Below the pieces are notes generated by a model. It searched no databases, had not been told where the DNA came from, and saw nothing but the letters and a program-made list of their open reading frames with translations. A program made the position numbers and the translations under genes. DNA of 64,000 nucleotides, from IMG/VR virus record IMGVR_UViG_3300049001_000044, positions 248,001 through 312,000 of that record; one strand, written 5' to 3'. Positions within the stretch are counted from its first letter, which is position 1, and each line of letters begins with the position of its first letter. Of the stretch, positions 29,482 to 38,693 are shown piece by piece.

Positions 29482-29576
29482 TTTGATGGTCCTAGAGGTA
29501 GGTGAAAATAACAACGATGTTGAACTGTCATCGTTGCTATTTACCTCATTTACCGGTTTTCAGGTTATTTTCTTCG

Positions 29577-30284
29577 TTAACCTGAGAATCCACTAGCCGC
29601 ATCTGCGCCGGAGATAGTCAGCAGCTCCATGTCACCGCGGATAACATCCACGAGAAGAGCGACCGTATCAGAGCTGTCCATCTTACGTACGACGACGCGA
29701 ATGGTGGTAGGACCAATAGGATGAGATGGGTTGATTACTGCAGCCGCATCAACTGCTGGTGGAACGCGGAATTCGATCGAGCCGTACCAGAAGTCTAGCA
29801 AACCATCACTACTTACTACGTCAGTCGTGACGGACAGATACGATTTGTCTGCTTTAGGCGCGATGATAGCGGGGACGCTGTTTGCAGATGTCAGTGACAT
29901 GACGACTACTTTGCCCACATCCACTTCGCCAGTTACTTCAGCCGACGATGGCAGAGTTTCAGGCTCTTTTTCCAACTCAACGGCTGGTTCATTAGCGACA
30001 GTGATAGGAACTTCTTCGGCAGGAATCTCGACGGCTGGGATTTCGATAGCAGGAAGTTCCATGCTAAATTCTGCAGGAGGTGCAGCTTGGGCTTCCATGT
30101 CTGCTTCCTTCGCTTTGATCTCTGCAGCAAGGGCGTCGAGGTCTACGGCTGGTGCTTCAGCCGCTGGCTCGTCATCAACTACACTGATGGTGACGCCACT
30201 CAGATGACCAACGGCGGTGATTACACTGATGAAGTGATCTTTACAGGACTCGTCTTGTAGATCGGCGATGATGGTAACCTTCAT
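29577..30284 (-). CDS. Acidic hypothetical protein
   Basis: 235 aa; SD aagga; Glu/Ala/Pro-rich middle. Confidence 0.7.
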   Translation of the reverse strand: MKVTIIADLQDESCKDHFISVITAVGHLSGVTISVVDDEPAAEAPAVDLDALAAEIKAKEADMEAQAAPPAEFSMELPAIEIPAVEIPAEEVPITVANEPAVELEKEPETLPSSAEVTGEVDVGKVVVMSLTSANSVPAIIAPKADKSYLSVTTDVVSSDGLLDFWYGSIEFRVPPAVDAAAVINPSHPIGPTTIRVVVRKMDSSDTVALLVDVIRGDMELLTISGADAASGFSG

Positions 30285-30293
30285 TTCTTTTCC

Positions 30294-30956
30294 TTAGATT
30301 TTGAGGGTGCTGTAGAACTTCTCAACACGCAGAGCGAGCGGCTCGTAGTAGTCAAGGAGATCAACTTTGAATTCTTGTGGGAAGCCCATCTCACTCGTCA
30401 TCAAAATGATGCCACGATTGATGTTCGTGCCGAACATTTCATTGTGCATGATCGCGTACGCGGTGAGTTGGAAGCGATAATCTTCGATCGCCTTTTCATC
30501 CTTGATTTTGCCCGACGTCTTGAAGTCGATGATGCATGGTTCACCACCATAAACACCGATACAGTCACAGCGGCCAGCTAATCCCAGTACTTTGGAATAC
30601 AGCGCAACCTCTTGTCCCCACAGCTCTTCGATCTTGTTCAACTTCAGCTTAAGTGCGTTGAACGCGTTGATATTCTGCTGCGTGAAGTTGTCGTTCTTCT
30701 GGATCAGCTCTTCCTTCTTCAGGTAGCGCTCAACCAGCAAGTGAACGGCGGTGCCGTGATCTGCTGCGTCCTTTGTCTTCTTAGTCGCGAGTGCGCCTAG
30801 AGCATTTTGCCATTTTTGAAGTGACTTTGACTTCTCTTCACTCATCGTCTTGCCCAGCATTGTGGTGATCGATGGAAGGTAGTCGCCTTCGGGAGTTTCA
30901 TACAGGCGCATCCCATTGACTGAGACGGTTTGCATGTCAGGGTAATTGAATTTCAT
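30294..30956 (-). CDS. PD-(D/E)XK exonuclease (T4-like phage exonuclease/Cas4-like fold)
   Basis: LPSITTML, GTAVH, AGRCD, IIDFKTS, QLTAYA motifs. Confidence 0.85.
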   Translation of the reverse strand: MKFNYPDMQTVSVNGMRLYETPEGDYLPSITTMLGKTMSEEKSKSLQKWQNALGALATKKTKDAADHGTAVHLLVERYLKKEELIQKNDNFTQQNINAFNALKLKLNKIEELWGQEVALYSKVLGLAGRCDCIGVYGGEPCIIDFKTSGKIKDEKAIEDYRFQLTAYAIMHNEMFGTNINRGIILMTSEMGFPQEFKVDLLDYYEPLALRVEKFYSTLKI

Positions 30957-30991
30957 GGCCAAGGCTCTGTGTTATGAGGATATGGTAGTTA

Positions 30992-31017
30992 TTGGAGGGA
31001 GCATTCACTCCCTCCAA
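30992..31017 (-). terminator. Hairpin/terminator
   Basis: ttggagggag...ctccctccaa inverted repeat just downstream of the 31025 stop. Confidence 0.55.
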
Positions 31018-31024
31018 CATCCTA

Positions 31025-34000
31025 TTACTTCTGGTTGCTGCCGATGATTGCGTTTAGCTTCTTGATGTTACGCAGAACCAATGCGTAGTTTTGCATCTGC
31101 TGACGCTTCTGCTTGACAGCCAGTTCGGTCTGCTTACGACGATAGTCGAGCAGAGTTTCTGGGATACCGAGCGAAGCAGCAAGCTTCATAATCTCGTCAA
31201 CCCACTCATTACCGGTTTCTTCGCCTTGTGCTGGTGCAGCTGCTTGCGCTGCCATCGCAGGGCCGGCTTCTGTCACCTTACGACGCTCAAACTGCGCGCA
31301 CCAACGGTCAAATGCTTTTTGCAGTTTTGGTTGACCTGACGCAACGTCTTCTGGATCAAGATCGAGCGCAGGGAGAACATAGATCGTGTTGCCCTTGACG
31401 GTGATTGAATCAACGGTTACAACGGTTTGATTTTGAATAAAGCTGTCGTCACCCTCTTCTTCACCAAAGATCGCGTCTTCTTTCTTAGCCGCACTTAGTG
31501 CACGCAGTTTCGATGCTGTTGCGGGGATTTCGATCCTATACTTAACATTCTTCACCGCTTCCTTCAGATCACCGGTAACGGCGTCAATGCCCAGCTGCTC
31601 AGCGACCATCTTCAGGTACTGACGAATCTTGGCGTTGGAGTTAGCGAGCTTAGCACGTGAACGCAGAGCAGTGCGGAGGGTAGCACGACCCAGACGCTCG
31701 ACCGATTCTGGCAGACCAACCTTCTGCATGATTTCCAGAATCATCTTCTGCATTGCATTGCCCAGCTCATCGTGCAGGGTTGCTTCTTGCGGGCTGGTGT
31801 TCGCCTTCATCAGTTCTTCAGTCAGGCGATTAACCCAATTACGGAACTGGCTGTCCTTCAGGAACTTGTCCGAAGCTTCAGCGACCGACTTGCGAAGGTC
31901 TGCCTTCTTCAAAGTCATGGCTTCGATTGGTGCGCCGAGCAGGTACAGCAGAACGACCATTGCCTTCGACCCGCGGTTAGGGAACGACTGCAGCAGTTTG
32001 GTTACTTCAGCAGGAAGAGTTGCGGCTTCAGCGGCCGATTGAACTTCCTCTTTGTCTTCTACTTTCTTTGGAGCTTTCTTTTCGGTAAGAAGCTTCGATT
32101 TGAACTGTTGTCCGAATGTCATGTTGTGGGACTCCTCTGTCTTTTTGGGTTTGGTGGCATTTTCTTCATCATCGTCTTCTTCCTCTTCATCGTCGGTGCC
32201 AGATGGTGGTGGTGGTGGTGTTTCGTCATCATCGCCCTCTTCAGGAGGAGTGTCATCATCGCTTGGTGCTGCAACTTCACCGCCTACGACTTCATCATCG
32301 TTGTCAGTGTCGTCAGTCGTATCGTCGAGTTCAGATGTGGTGTCATCCGACGAAACGGCGTCTGGATTATCTACCTCGTCCGGCGTGGTGTCAGCGGCAG
32401 GTTGATCTTGGACATCAATGTTGTCGTCGTCGCCAGGTGAACCGCCTTCATCATCGTCGTCAGAAAAGACCGTGGTGTCGATACCAGAATCAGTGGTCTC
32501 GCCTGCCGGCTCAGGAGTTGACTCGTAGTCTTCTTCCTCTTCTTCCTCTTCCTCGCCATTCTGTTTGATGTCGCCCAAGTTGATGACTGGGTTAACTGAA
32601 GGGGTAATATCGGTGTTCGTGTCGGTAACCTCTGCGCTGGCATTGGCGTCACTAGCTACTGGATCGCTAGAACCCTCGACGCCGGTTTCAGCATCAACGC
32701 CAACTGGGGTTTCACCAGTCGACTGGAAATTCTGTGGCCATTCAACGTCAACGATGTCAAAGGTCATTGCCAGATCGTTGATCGCTTCTTCAGCATCGTC
32801 GGTCTCACCAAGTTTCTGCGACAGAGCGTCTTCAAAGCCGTCGGCTTGGGTGGCATTGACGTAGACCTTTGCGATCGAGCCATCATCCATCTCCAGACCG
32901 AAAGCAACGGTGTCAACCTCATCGTTTAACTCGTGCGCCTTGTCAAGGTAGCGAGTAACGTCCGCGTCAGTCACGTTGTCACCAACGCTTGCGTTGTTTC
33001 TCAGCTGTTTGAACTCGACATCGTTCTGGGCGCTAACCGTATCATCGACGTCAGTAGCATTTTGGTTCATGACGTCGAACTCTACCAACTGCAGAAGAGA
33101 TTCATTTACGCCAGGCTTTGCGAATTTCTTCTTCACGACGAAGGTTCGCTTACGCTTGACAATGTTCTTTCCAGACCCGATTGATTGTGGAAGCGGTGCG
33201 ATAGCATCCGCTCCTGTTGTTGCTGGCTGCTGCGGAACGACACCAGCGGGAACACCGCTTGGTGCAACGTCTTCCTCGCTCAATGCCTTCAGCAAGCTGA
33301 ATGATTCTTTCACTTTATCGCTCCCTTTGAAAAGCGATTGGATAGTTCTACCGTACAGCGACATGATGAGTTCAGCCGGGGTCTCCGACTTATCAACAGC
33401 CTGATCAATCAAGTTGATGTCGCGCTTAATCTCTGCGAATGCAGTGAGGGTGCGCTTGATCACGGTAGGGGACAGTCCGATCTCTCTCCCAGTCTTTAAC
33501 TTTAGTTTGTAGGTGTCAGCTTCAGCCTTGAACTTGTCAACGATCTCATCTACTTCTTCGATCGTATTCTGCAGAATGGCTGAAACCTTTTGGCGCATCG
33601 CTGGGAAACTCTGGATGTGAGTCACCTTTGCGATATTTTCGGCGGTCTCTTGGGGAGTCGCGCCTTTGAACTTAGCGATGGTCTTTCGTGCGGACGAAGA
33701 CACCGCCAATTCTCGGATGCCCAGCAAACGGGCAATACGAATCTTTGCTTGACCAAATGCACCACCTCGCTTATCTAGTGGGGCGTCTTGATCGTCAGTA
33801 ACAACCGGTCCACTCGCTACATCGCGAATGGAATTGTTGAAGCTATTAAGTGCAGTGAACACGTCGCGATCAACCAACTTCACTTGGTCGCCGGTGTCGG
33901 GATCACGAAGTATCACACCTTCAACGCCGGTGTCTTCGCTTGGATCCAGCTCGTCTGCTTGGAGTTGTGGCTTGATCTTCCTGACGTAGTTGTTCAGTAG

Positions 34001-34786
34001 GATTTCCTTGATGGGCAGCTTATAAGTCTGAAGGATGACGCTAAGGATTCGCTCCCTTTCCGCCTTCATCTTCTCCCTACCTGCCTTCTCAACACTACCT
34101 AGCTTAACCTCTGCGACCTCTTTGTTGGTCATATCAGAGTACGTGGCGTTTGACTTGCGTAGGAACTTTTCCAGCTCCTTCAACTTCTTCAGTGCGTCGG
34201 CGGTGTTCACCTTCGAATTGTCGACTGGGCGAACCTGCGTAAACTCCCACTGCAACTGTTCCTCGTTGTATTGGAGTTGGTCACCATCAGGTGAATCAAC
34301 TACCGTAGAGGTGACGTTGACAATGGTGTTGTCTAGGCGATTGCCAAGAGCGTCAACCTTCTTTGAATCGGCAGTGATGGGACGAAGGATGACGATGTAA
34401 TTCTTACCATCCATGTCATATGTGACGGTGTTCGGTTGACGACCGAAGAGAACTTCAATCTCGACGATATCACCAACAGCGAGAACCTTGAGGATGGTTT
34501 TCTTAACCTGTTCCAGGGCTAGGTGAGCAGCGCGGAATCCATTGAAGGCAGCGATAACTGGATAGTCGTCTACGGAGTAGAATCTACCGTTGCGCTTACC
34601 CTTACCTTCTCGCGAAGTGAAGAAGCCCTTCTCATCGACGCCGATCCATAGATTCGCGCCATCGAGCTTCTCAGTAGCAACCTTGCTCTTGAGATTCTCT
34701 ACGGTGTCGATAAATTTTTCTAGTGGCAGATCCTCGAGATGGGCGATGCCCTCTCTGATCACTTCGCCTTTTTGAATTCTGCTCAT
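31025..34786 (-). CDS. Large putative internal virion protein with N-terminal RNA-ligase-like nucleotidyltransferase (DUF6267-like) domain
   Basis: IAHLED, ATEKLDG (motif I), EGVILRD (IV), QVKLVDR (V); long acidic low-complexity tract; ATAAATA promoter at 34812-34818. Confidence 0.7.
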   Translation of the reverse strand: MSRIQKGEVIREGIAHLEDLPLEKFIDTVENLKSKVATEKLDGANLWIGVDEKGFFTSREGKGKRNGRFYSVDDYPVIAAFNGFRAAHLALEQVKKTILKVLAVGDIVEIEVLFGRQPNTVTYDMDGKNYIVILRPITADSKKVDALGNRLDNTIVNVTSTVVDSPDGDQLQYNEEQLQWEFTQVRPVDNSKVNTADALKKLKELEKFLRKSNATYSDMTNKEVAEVKLGSVEKAGREKMKAERERILSVILQTYKLPIKEILLNNYVRKIKPQLQADELDPSEDTGVEGVILRDPDTGDQVKLVDRDVFTALNSFNNSIRDVASGPVVTDDQDAPLDKRGGAFGQAKIRIARLLGIRELAVSSSARKTIAKFKGATPQETAENIAKVTHIQSFPAMRQKVSAILQNTIEEVDEIVDKFKAEADTYKLKLKTGREIGLSPTVIKRTLTAFAEIKRDINLIDQAVDKSETPAELIMSLYGRTIQSLFKGSDKVKESFSLLKALSEEDVAPSGVPAGVVPQQPATTGADAIAPLPQSIGSGKNIVKRKRTFVVKKKFAKPGVNESLLQLVEFDVMNQNATDVDDTVSAQNDVEFKQLRNNASVGDNVTDADVTRYLDKAHELNDEVDTVAFGLEMDDGSIAKVYVNATQADGFEDALSQKLGETDDAEEAINDLAMTFDIVDVEWPQNFQSTGETPVGVDAETGVEGSSDPVASDANASAEVTDTNTDITPSVNPVINLGDIKQNGEEEEEEEEDYESTPEPAGETTDSGIDTTVFSDDDDEGGSPGDDDNIDVQDQPAADTTPDEVDNPDAVSSDDTTSELDDTTDDTDNDDEVVGGEVAAPSDDDTPPEEGDDDETPPPPPSGTDDEEEEDDDEENATKPKKTEESHNMTFGQQFKSKLLTEKKAPKKVEDKEEVQSAAEAATLPAEVTKLLQSFPNRGSKAMVVLLYLLGAPIEAMTLKKADLRKSVAEASDKFLKDSQFRNWVNRLTEELMKANTSPQEATLHDELGNAMQKMILEIMQKVGLPESVERLGRATLRTALRSRAKLANSNAKIRQYLKMVAEQLGIDAVTGDLKEAVKNVKYRIEIPATASKLRALSAAKKEDAIFGEEEGDDSFIQNQTVVTVDSITVKGNTIYVLPALDLDPEDVASGQPKLQKAFDRWCAQFERRKVTEAGPAMAAQAAAPAQGEETGNEWVDEIMKLAASLGIPETLLDYRRKQTELAVKQKRQQMQNYALVLRNIKKLNAIIGSNQK

Positions 34787-34811
34787 AATCTGGTATGTGT
34801 ATTCAACGGGT

Positions 34812-34817
34812 TATTTA
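34812..34817 (-). promoter_or_regulatory. T4-like late promoter core
   Basis: ataaata downstream of a terminator and upstream of 34786. Confidence 0.65.
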
Positions 34818-34839
34818 TTGACCGAACCAGTCTAGCGGA

Positions 34840-34860
34840 AATGAGGAGCCGAAGCTCCCC
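34840..34860 (-). terminator. Intrinsic terminator
   Basis: ggagc-ttcg-gctcc on the minus strand after the helicase operon. Confidence 0.6.
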
Positions 34861-34865
34861 ACCTC

Positions 34866-35075
34866 TTACGATCCCAACTCTTGCTTGACGATCGCAGCCA
34901 GCTCCATGTCGATCTGTCGAATAGCTGCTTCAGTCTTCAAGGCGGCTTCCCTTTCCTTCTCCAACTCAACCTGCCATCGATGCCGAAGAGCGACCAAGTC
35001 CTGCACTTGCTCACTGAACTTGGAGAGTGAGTAGCTGGTGTCGTCGATGATGATCTCAGAAATTTGTTGAACCAT
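34866..35075 (-). CDS. Small hypothetical protein
   Basis: 69 aa; SD ggagg inside the end of the helicase gene. Confidence 0.65.
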   Translation of the reverse strand: MVQQISEIIIDDTSYSLSKFSEQVQDLVALRHRWQVELEKEREAALKTEAAIRQIDMELAAIVKQELGS

Positions 35076-35076
35076 C

Positions 35077-36414
35077 TTAACCTCCCGTTTGGAACAAGTT
35101 CATTACGTCGTTACCCTTCTTCTGTCCGCCAATCGCGATCGGTGTTTCAGGGATAACGACTTGACGCTTACCAGGAACCTTCAGCTCTTGCTTCTTGCCA
35201 GCCCTCGAAGAAACAACCAGCGATACTGGATCCCAACCAAGTCGTACGCTTGCACCAACACCGCCAGAGTTACGGGACTTCAAGATGTCGTACTGGATTT
35301 CGCCTTGCGACCGCATCAGATCATCTTGCTTGATACCAATCACGTAGTCAGAAGTGTTGATCTTGGAGATACCACCCTGAATGTGCGATTGATTCAGCTT
35401 CTCTGCTTCGATAGCTGCACGACCCAGCTGAGCTGCAGAAACCATGATGCAGTTGTAGTCAAAGCCCAGCGAACGAATCTCCTCTGTGACGTACTTATCC
35501 TTGATGAAGAGATTGTCAAGGGAGATGTTGTGAGTGGTGCCCATGATGTCGATGTAGTCGACGATGATGAAGTCAGGACGGAAACCATTCGCTTGTTCCA
35601 ACTGTTGGAGATAAGCTTGGATGGTGTGGATGTTGGTACGATTCTCTGCAAATCGCTTCACGAAGAATCTTCCGTAGCCCTTTGCACCAGCTTTCTCAAC
35701 CGCTGCTGCGACCTTGTGCATGTTCTTCAGCAGATCAGCCTGGCTGATCGCGGACACCATCGAGTCTAGACGTTTCGTCACCACGCCTTCGGCCATCTCC
35801 AATGTGATGTAGATGCCGTTAAGACCTTGCTTCAGGAAGTTGTGGGCCAAGTTCAACATGTTCATCGACTTACCACCGCCTGAGTTAGCGAGGAACGTGA
35901 TGAGTTCTTGTCGAGCCAGACCGCCACCGATCAGCTCGTCAATCTCTGGAAGACCAGTGCTGATGCGTGATTGCGTCTGCAAAGTTGCTTCAAGACGAGC
36001 GGTTGGATCGGCGAAGTAATCGATACCAATGTCCTTCTGCAGGCCAGTGGTAATGGCGTTCTTCAAGTTCTCAATAATGGCGCCCATGTCACCCTTCTTC
36101 AAGAGCTCTGGGCCAGCCAAGATCGCTTCAGTCACCGCACTATCGCGGCAGAACTTTTCGATCTCTTCACTGATGTATGTTGTCTCTGCACGAGAGATGA
36201 CGCCAACATCATCCAACAGTTGGCCAGTTTCGGCACGGATGATTTGGATCTTTGGTACGTCTTTGTATTGGTTGAAGTAGTCGCTGAGGAACTTGACGGT
36301 CTTCTTCAGCGATGGGTCAAAATAGCTGGGCTTCAGGAGACCGGCAGTCAGTGCCATGAGGTCTCGGTTTGCGCACAGCGCGGAGAGGATCAGTCTTTGC
36401 TTTTCAATATCCAT
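35077..36414 (-). CDS. gp41: Replicative DNA helicase (DnaB/T4 gp41-like)
   Basis: Walker A ANSGGGKS, ITLEM, IIVDYID, SAAQLGR, LKSRN. Confidence 0.93.
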   Translation of the reverse strand: MDIEKQRLILSALCANRDLMALTAGLLKPSYFDPSLKKTVKFLSDYFNQYKDVPKIQIIRAETGQLLDDVGVISRAETTYISEEIEKFCRDSAVTEAILAGPELLKKGDMGAIIENLKNAITTGLQKDIGIDYFADPTARLEATLQTQSRISTGLPEIDELIGGGLARQELITFLANSGGGKSMNMLNLAHNFLKQGLNGIYITLEMAEGVVTKRLDSMVSAISQADLLKNMHKVAAAVEKAGAKGYGRFFVKRFAENRTNIHTIQAYLQQLEQANGFRPDFIIVDYIDIMGTTHNISLDNLFIKDKYVTEEIRSLGFDYNCIMVSAAQLGRAAIEAEKLNQSHIQGGISKINTSDYVIGIKQDDLMRSQGEIQYDILKSRNSGGVGASVRLGWDPVSLVVSSRAGKKQELKVPGKRQVVIPETPIAIGGQKKGNDVMNLFQTGG

Positions 36415-36423
36415 GTTTTACCT

Positions 36424-36684
36424 TTAGTTGTCTTCGTCTCGCCACATAGCTCTGTTGCAGAGCTCTTTGTATGTAATGTTCTCTCGCTTCATGGCATGTT
36501 CAAGGAGCGCATTCAGTTGCTCCAACAAGTTGTATGAAACGAGTGGCCACTCCCTGCTCATGATGGTGATCTCGTCGTGGATACGAAACACCTCCATCAC
36601 AGGAGAATCAACCGTGAGCTTGGAGATGTGAGTGTAGAGAGTGTCGTCGTTTACTTCGTGTCGTTGAAAGATCAGTCGTCTCAT
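36424..36684 (-). CDS. Hypothetical protein
   Basis: 86 aa coupled to the primase stop. Confidence 0.6.
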   Translation of the reverse strand: MRRLIFQRHEVNDDTLYTHISKLTVDSPVMEVFRIHDEITIMSREWPLVSYNLLEQLNALLEHAMKRENITYKELCNRAMWRDEDN

Positions 36685-37664
36685 TTGCAGTTGAAGGCGA
36701 TGGCCAGCCTTGCTGAGGCTTCGTCAGCAGGGATGTTCTTGATGAGTTGTCGGGCTGTCCAGGAACGGCCAAAGCGTTGTACGGATTTGTTTAGATCGGC
36801 GGCTCCATCTGGAGCGAAGGTGATATCCCAGCCAGCTCGAATGACAGAGTCAGCAAAGCTGGCCCCGTTCTTGTCCTTGTCGATGACGAACACCAACCTA
36901 CGGTTCGTCTTAGCAAGCAACTCCACTTTTGCTTCACTGAGCTTGCTGCCCAGCACTGCGATGCCGTTGAACATCATCGCATCGAAGATGCCCTCACATA
37001 CGAGGAGAGGAGTTGGTGAGTAGCTTTGGAGCTGGTCGAAATTGAAGATGACCGCGTCGCGAGACACAATCGCGTTGTCGTACCGCTTCTTCTCATTTGG
37101 GTCGATGCTACGTGCTTGCCAGTAAATGAGATTGCCATTGCGATAGAAGGGGACAATCACTCGATCCTTCATGCGTGGATCGAGCGAGAAAAAGAATTGG
37201 TATTTGTCGAAGTCGATGCAGCGATTGACGAGGTAATCGACGATGCGTTCTTGCAAGTCTAACCCTTCGTCTGTCTCACCAAGCTTGAAGGACTTCAGTG
37301 GGAGTTTAACCGGAGGAGTGGCGGTGTTCACCTTCTGCAGTGCGCCTAAGGTGATCTTGCCGGTCTCCTCCTTCTTGTTGAAGAACGCCGAGTTGACTAC
37401 AGAACTGATGGAGGAGTCGTCGACGCCGAACGCATTCAAAATGCGTCGCATGCTCTTACTCATCTCACCACTGTACTCCTCGTACTTCCCTGTCTTACCA
37501 CAGTTGAAGCACGAGTATCCTACAGCACCACCGTCAAACTTGAATCCACCACGATCCTTGTAGTCATGGCAGAGGACACACTTGCAAGTGTACCAGCCAG
37601 TAGACGTCGGACGTAAGTTGATGGACTCGAGTATGAGGTCTTCGAGTTTCTGTTGTTTAATCAA
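36681..37664 (-). CDS. gp61: DNA primase (T4 gp61-like)
   Basis: Zn ribbon CVLC...CFNC, YWQARS, TOPRIM EGIFD and DKD. Confidence 0.9.
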   Translation of the reverse strand: MIKQQKLEDLILESINLRPTSTGWYTCKCVLCHDYKDRGGFKFDGGAVGYSCFNCGKTGKYEEYSGEMSKSMRRILNAFGVDDSSISSVVNSAFFNKKEETGKITLGALQKVNTATPPVKLPLKSFKLGETDEGLDLQERIVDYLVNRCIDFDKYQFFFSLDPRMKDRVIVPFYRNGNLIYWQARSIDPNEKKRYDNAIVSRDAVIFNFDQLQSYSPTPLLVCEGIFDAMMFNGIAVLGSKLSEAKVELLAKTNRRLVFVIDKDKNGASFADSVIRAGWDITFAPDGAADLNKSVQRFGRSWTARQLIKNIPADEASARLAIAFNCK

Positions 37665-37709
37665 GATGAGGACAGAATTAAGAGGTTAACGCTGTCCTCC
37701 AAAACCAAC

Positions 37710-38336
37710 TTATAGTCGGTCAGACTCTAGCGATTTGATGTTCTTCAAGACGCTAATCGTGTAACGATTAGTGCGGGGATTTTTGGATTTGGCACCGTGA
37801 GGACCTAAGTTAAATGCTAGTGCCAACTTAGCTATTGTAACATAGCCTAGCCGGCTTAAAACTAGCGTGTACTTAGACGCGACTGATGCATTGAATCGTT
37901 CGTCATTCTTCAACTTGGAGATGACCTCCTTATCCGACTTTCCGCGGAAGCCAAATTCTTCCCAGAGAGATGGATAAGCCCGCAGAGCTTCACGCGCCGC
38001 GACCAATTTGATTTGAAAGATTCCGTAGCAATCACTTCCTTTACGGAGCTTGGTTTCCCCAGCATTGGTTTCCTGCAAGAGGAGACCTTGAAGAAGCTGC
38101 GGGTGTTCATGCCCATCGTCCTTCGCTACTTGGTAGACCATCGTGAGCAGCTTGGCCTGGTGTTCGCTAAAACGTTTGGACAGGTTCAAAGAAAATCCAT
38201 CAGGAACGACGGTCTCAGGTGCAACATCTGTGACAGGCGTAGTGGTGGACGCGATGACAGGAATCACAGTAAGTGAAGATGTGATTCCAAATGAAAGCGC
38301 TGCAACGAGCGCTAGAGCGGAATTGCTCCATTTCAT
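37710..38336 (-). CDS. Lytic transglycosylase (SLT-like) with N-terminal signal/anchor
   Basis: LLQET (catalytic Glu), YGIFQIK, AFNLGP; hydrophobic N-terminus; SD aaggag before ATG 38336. Confidence 0.8.
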   Translation of the reverse strand: MKWSNSALALVAALSFGITSSLTVIPVIASTTTPVTDVAPETVVPDGFSLNLSKRFSEHQAKLLTMVYQVAKDDGHEHPQLLQGLLLQETNAGETKLRKGSDCYGIFQIKLVAAREALRAYPSLWEEFGFRGKSDKEVISKLKNDERFNASVASKYTLVLSRLGYVTIAKLALAFNLGPHGAKSKNPRTNRYTISVLKNIKSLESDRL

Positions 38337-38372
38337 AGGTAAGGCTCCTTTCCTTGTGTCATAACACATACG

Positions 38373-38466
38373 CTGGAGCTTACTAGAAGCGCCCAGAGGT
38401 GTTAGGACCGTTAAGATGATAGCTTCATCATCATTAAGCAGCAGGACCTCTGGGAGGTCCTGCTGC
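38373..38466 (-). repeat. Dispersed structured intergenic repeat, copy 3
   Basis: ctggagcttactag is the reverse complement of 5050-5063; gcccagaggtgttag is identical to 28009-28023; 13-bp hairpin gcagcaggacctc/gaggtcctgctgc. Confidence 0.75.
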
Positions 38467-38571
38467 GAGGCGGTGGTCTACTTTCGATTTAGAGAGCAGA
38501 GCTTCGTTTTTATATTGCCCAGGTTGCACGACCGAAGACTCCGACGGTCTCTGAGCTTGCTGCTTGACAGG

Positions 38572-38579
38572 TATTTATA
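38572..38579 (-). promoter_or_regulatory. Perfect late promoter TATAAATA
   Basis: tatttata on + strand, upstream of the SLT gene. Confidence 0.65.
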
Positions 38580-38596
38580 TGCTTTGCAGTGAGTAC

Positions 38597-38628
38597 ATTT
38601 TAACAAAATGATAACCTGGCGAAAACTG
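38597..38628 (-). promoter_or_regulatory. Putative phage early/middle promoter cagttttc-N18-taaaat
   Basis: Directly downstream of a terminator; recurring geometry. Confidence 0.6.
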
Positions 38629-38632
38629 CGCA

Positions 38633-38657
38633 AAATAAAAGGGCCCGAAGGCCCTTT
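38633..38657 (-). terminator. Intrinsic terminator
   Basis: aaagggcc-ttcg-ggcccttttatttt on the minus strand. Confidence 0.85.
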
Positions 38658-38693
38658 GTAAACTGAGTGCTTAGGAGTTAGAACGACAGTATC

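Noticed and set aside
30294-30956. Cas4-like nuclease as evidence of a CRISPR system
   Set aside because: Lacks the Cas4 Fe-S cysteine set; it is the common stand-alone phage exonuclease; no array nearby
32160-32560. Trinucleotide-like low-complexity DNA (tcatcg, tcttcc, ggt runs)
   Set aside because: Encodes the Asp/Glu/Pro tract of the 1253-aa protein; not an independent repeat
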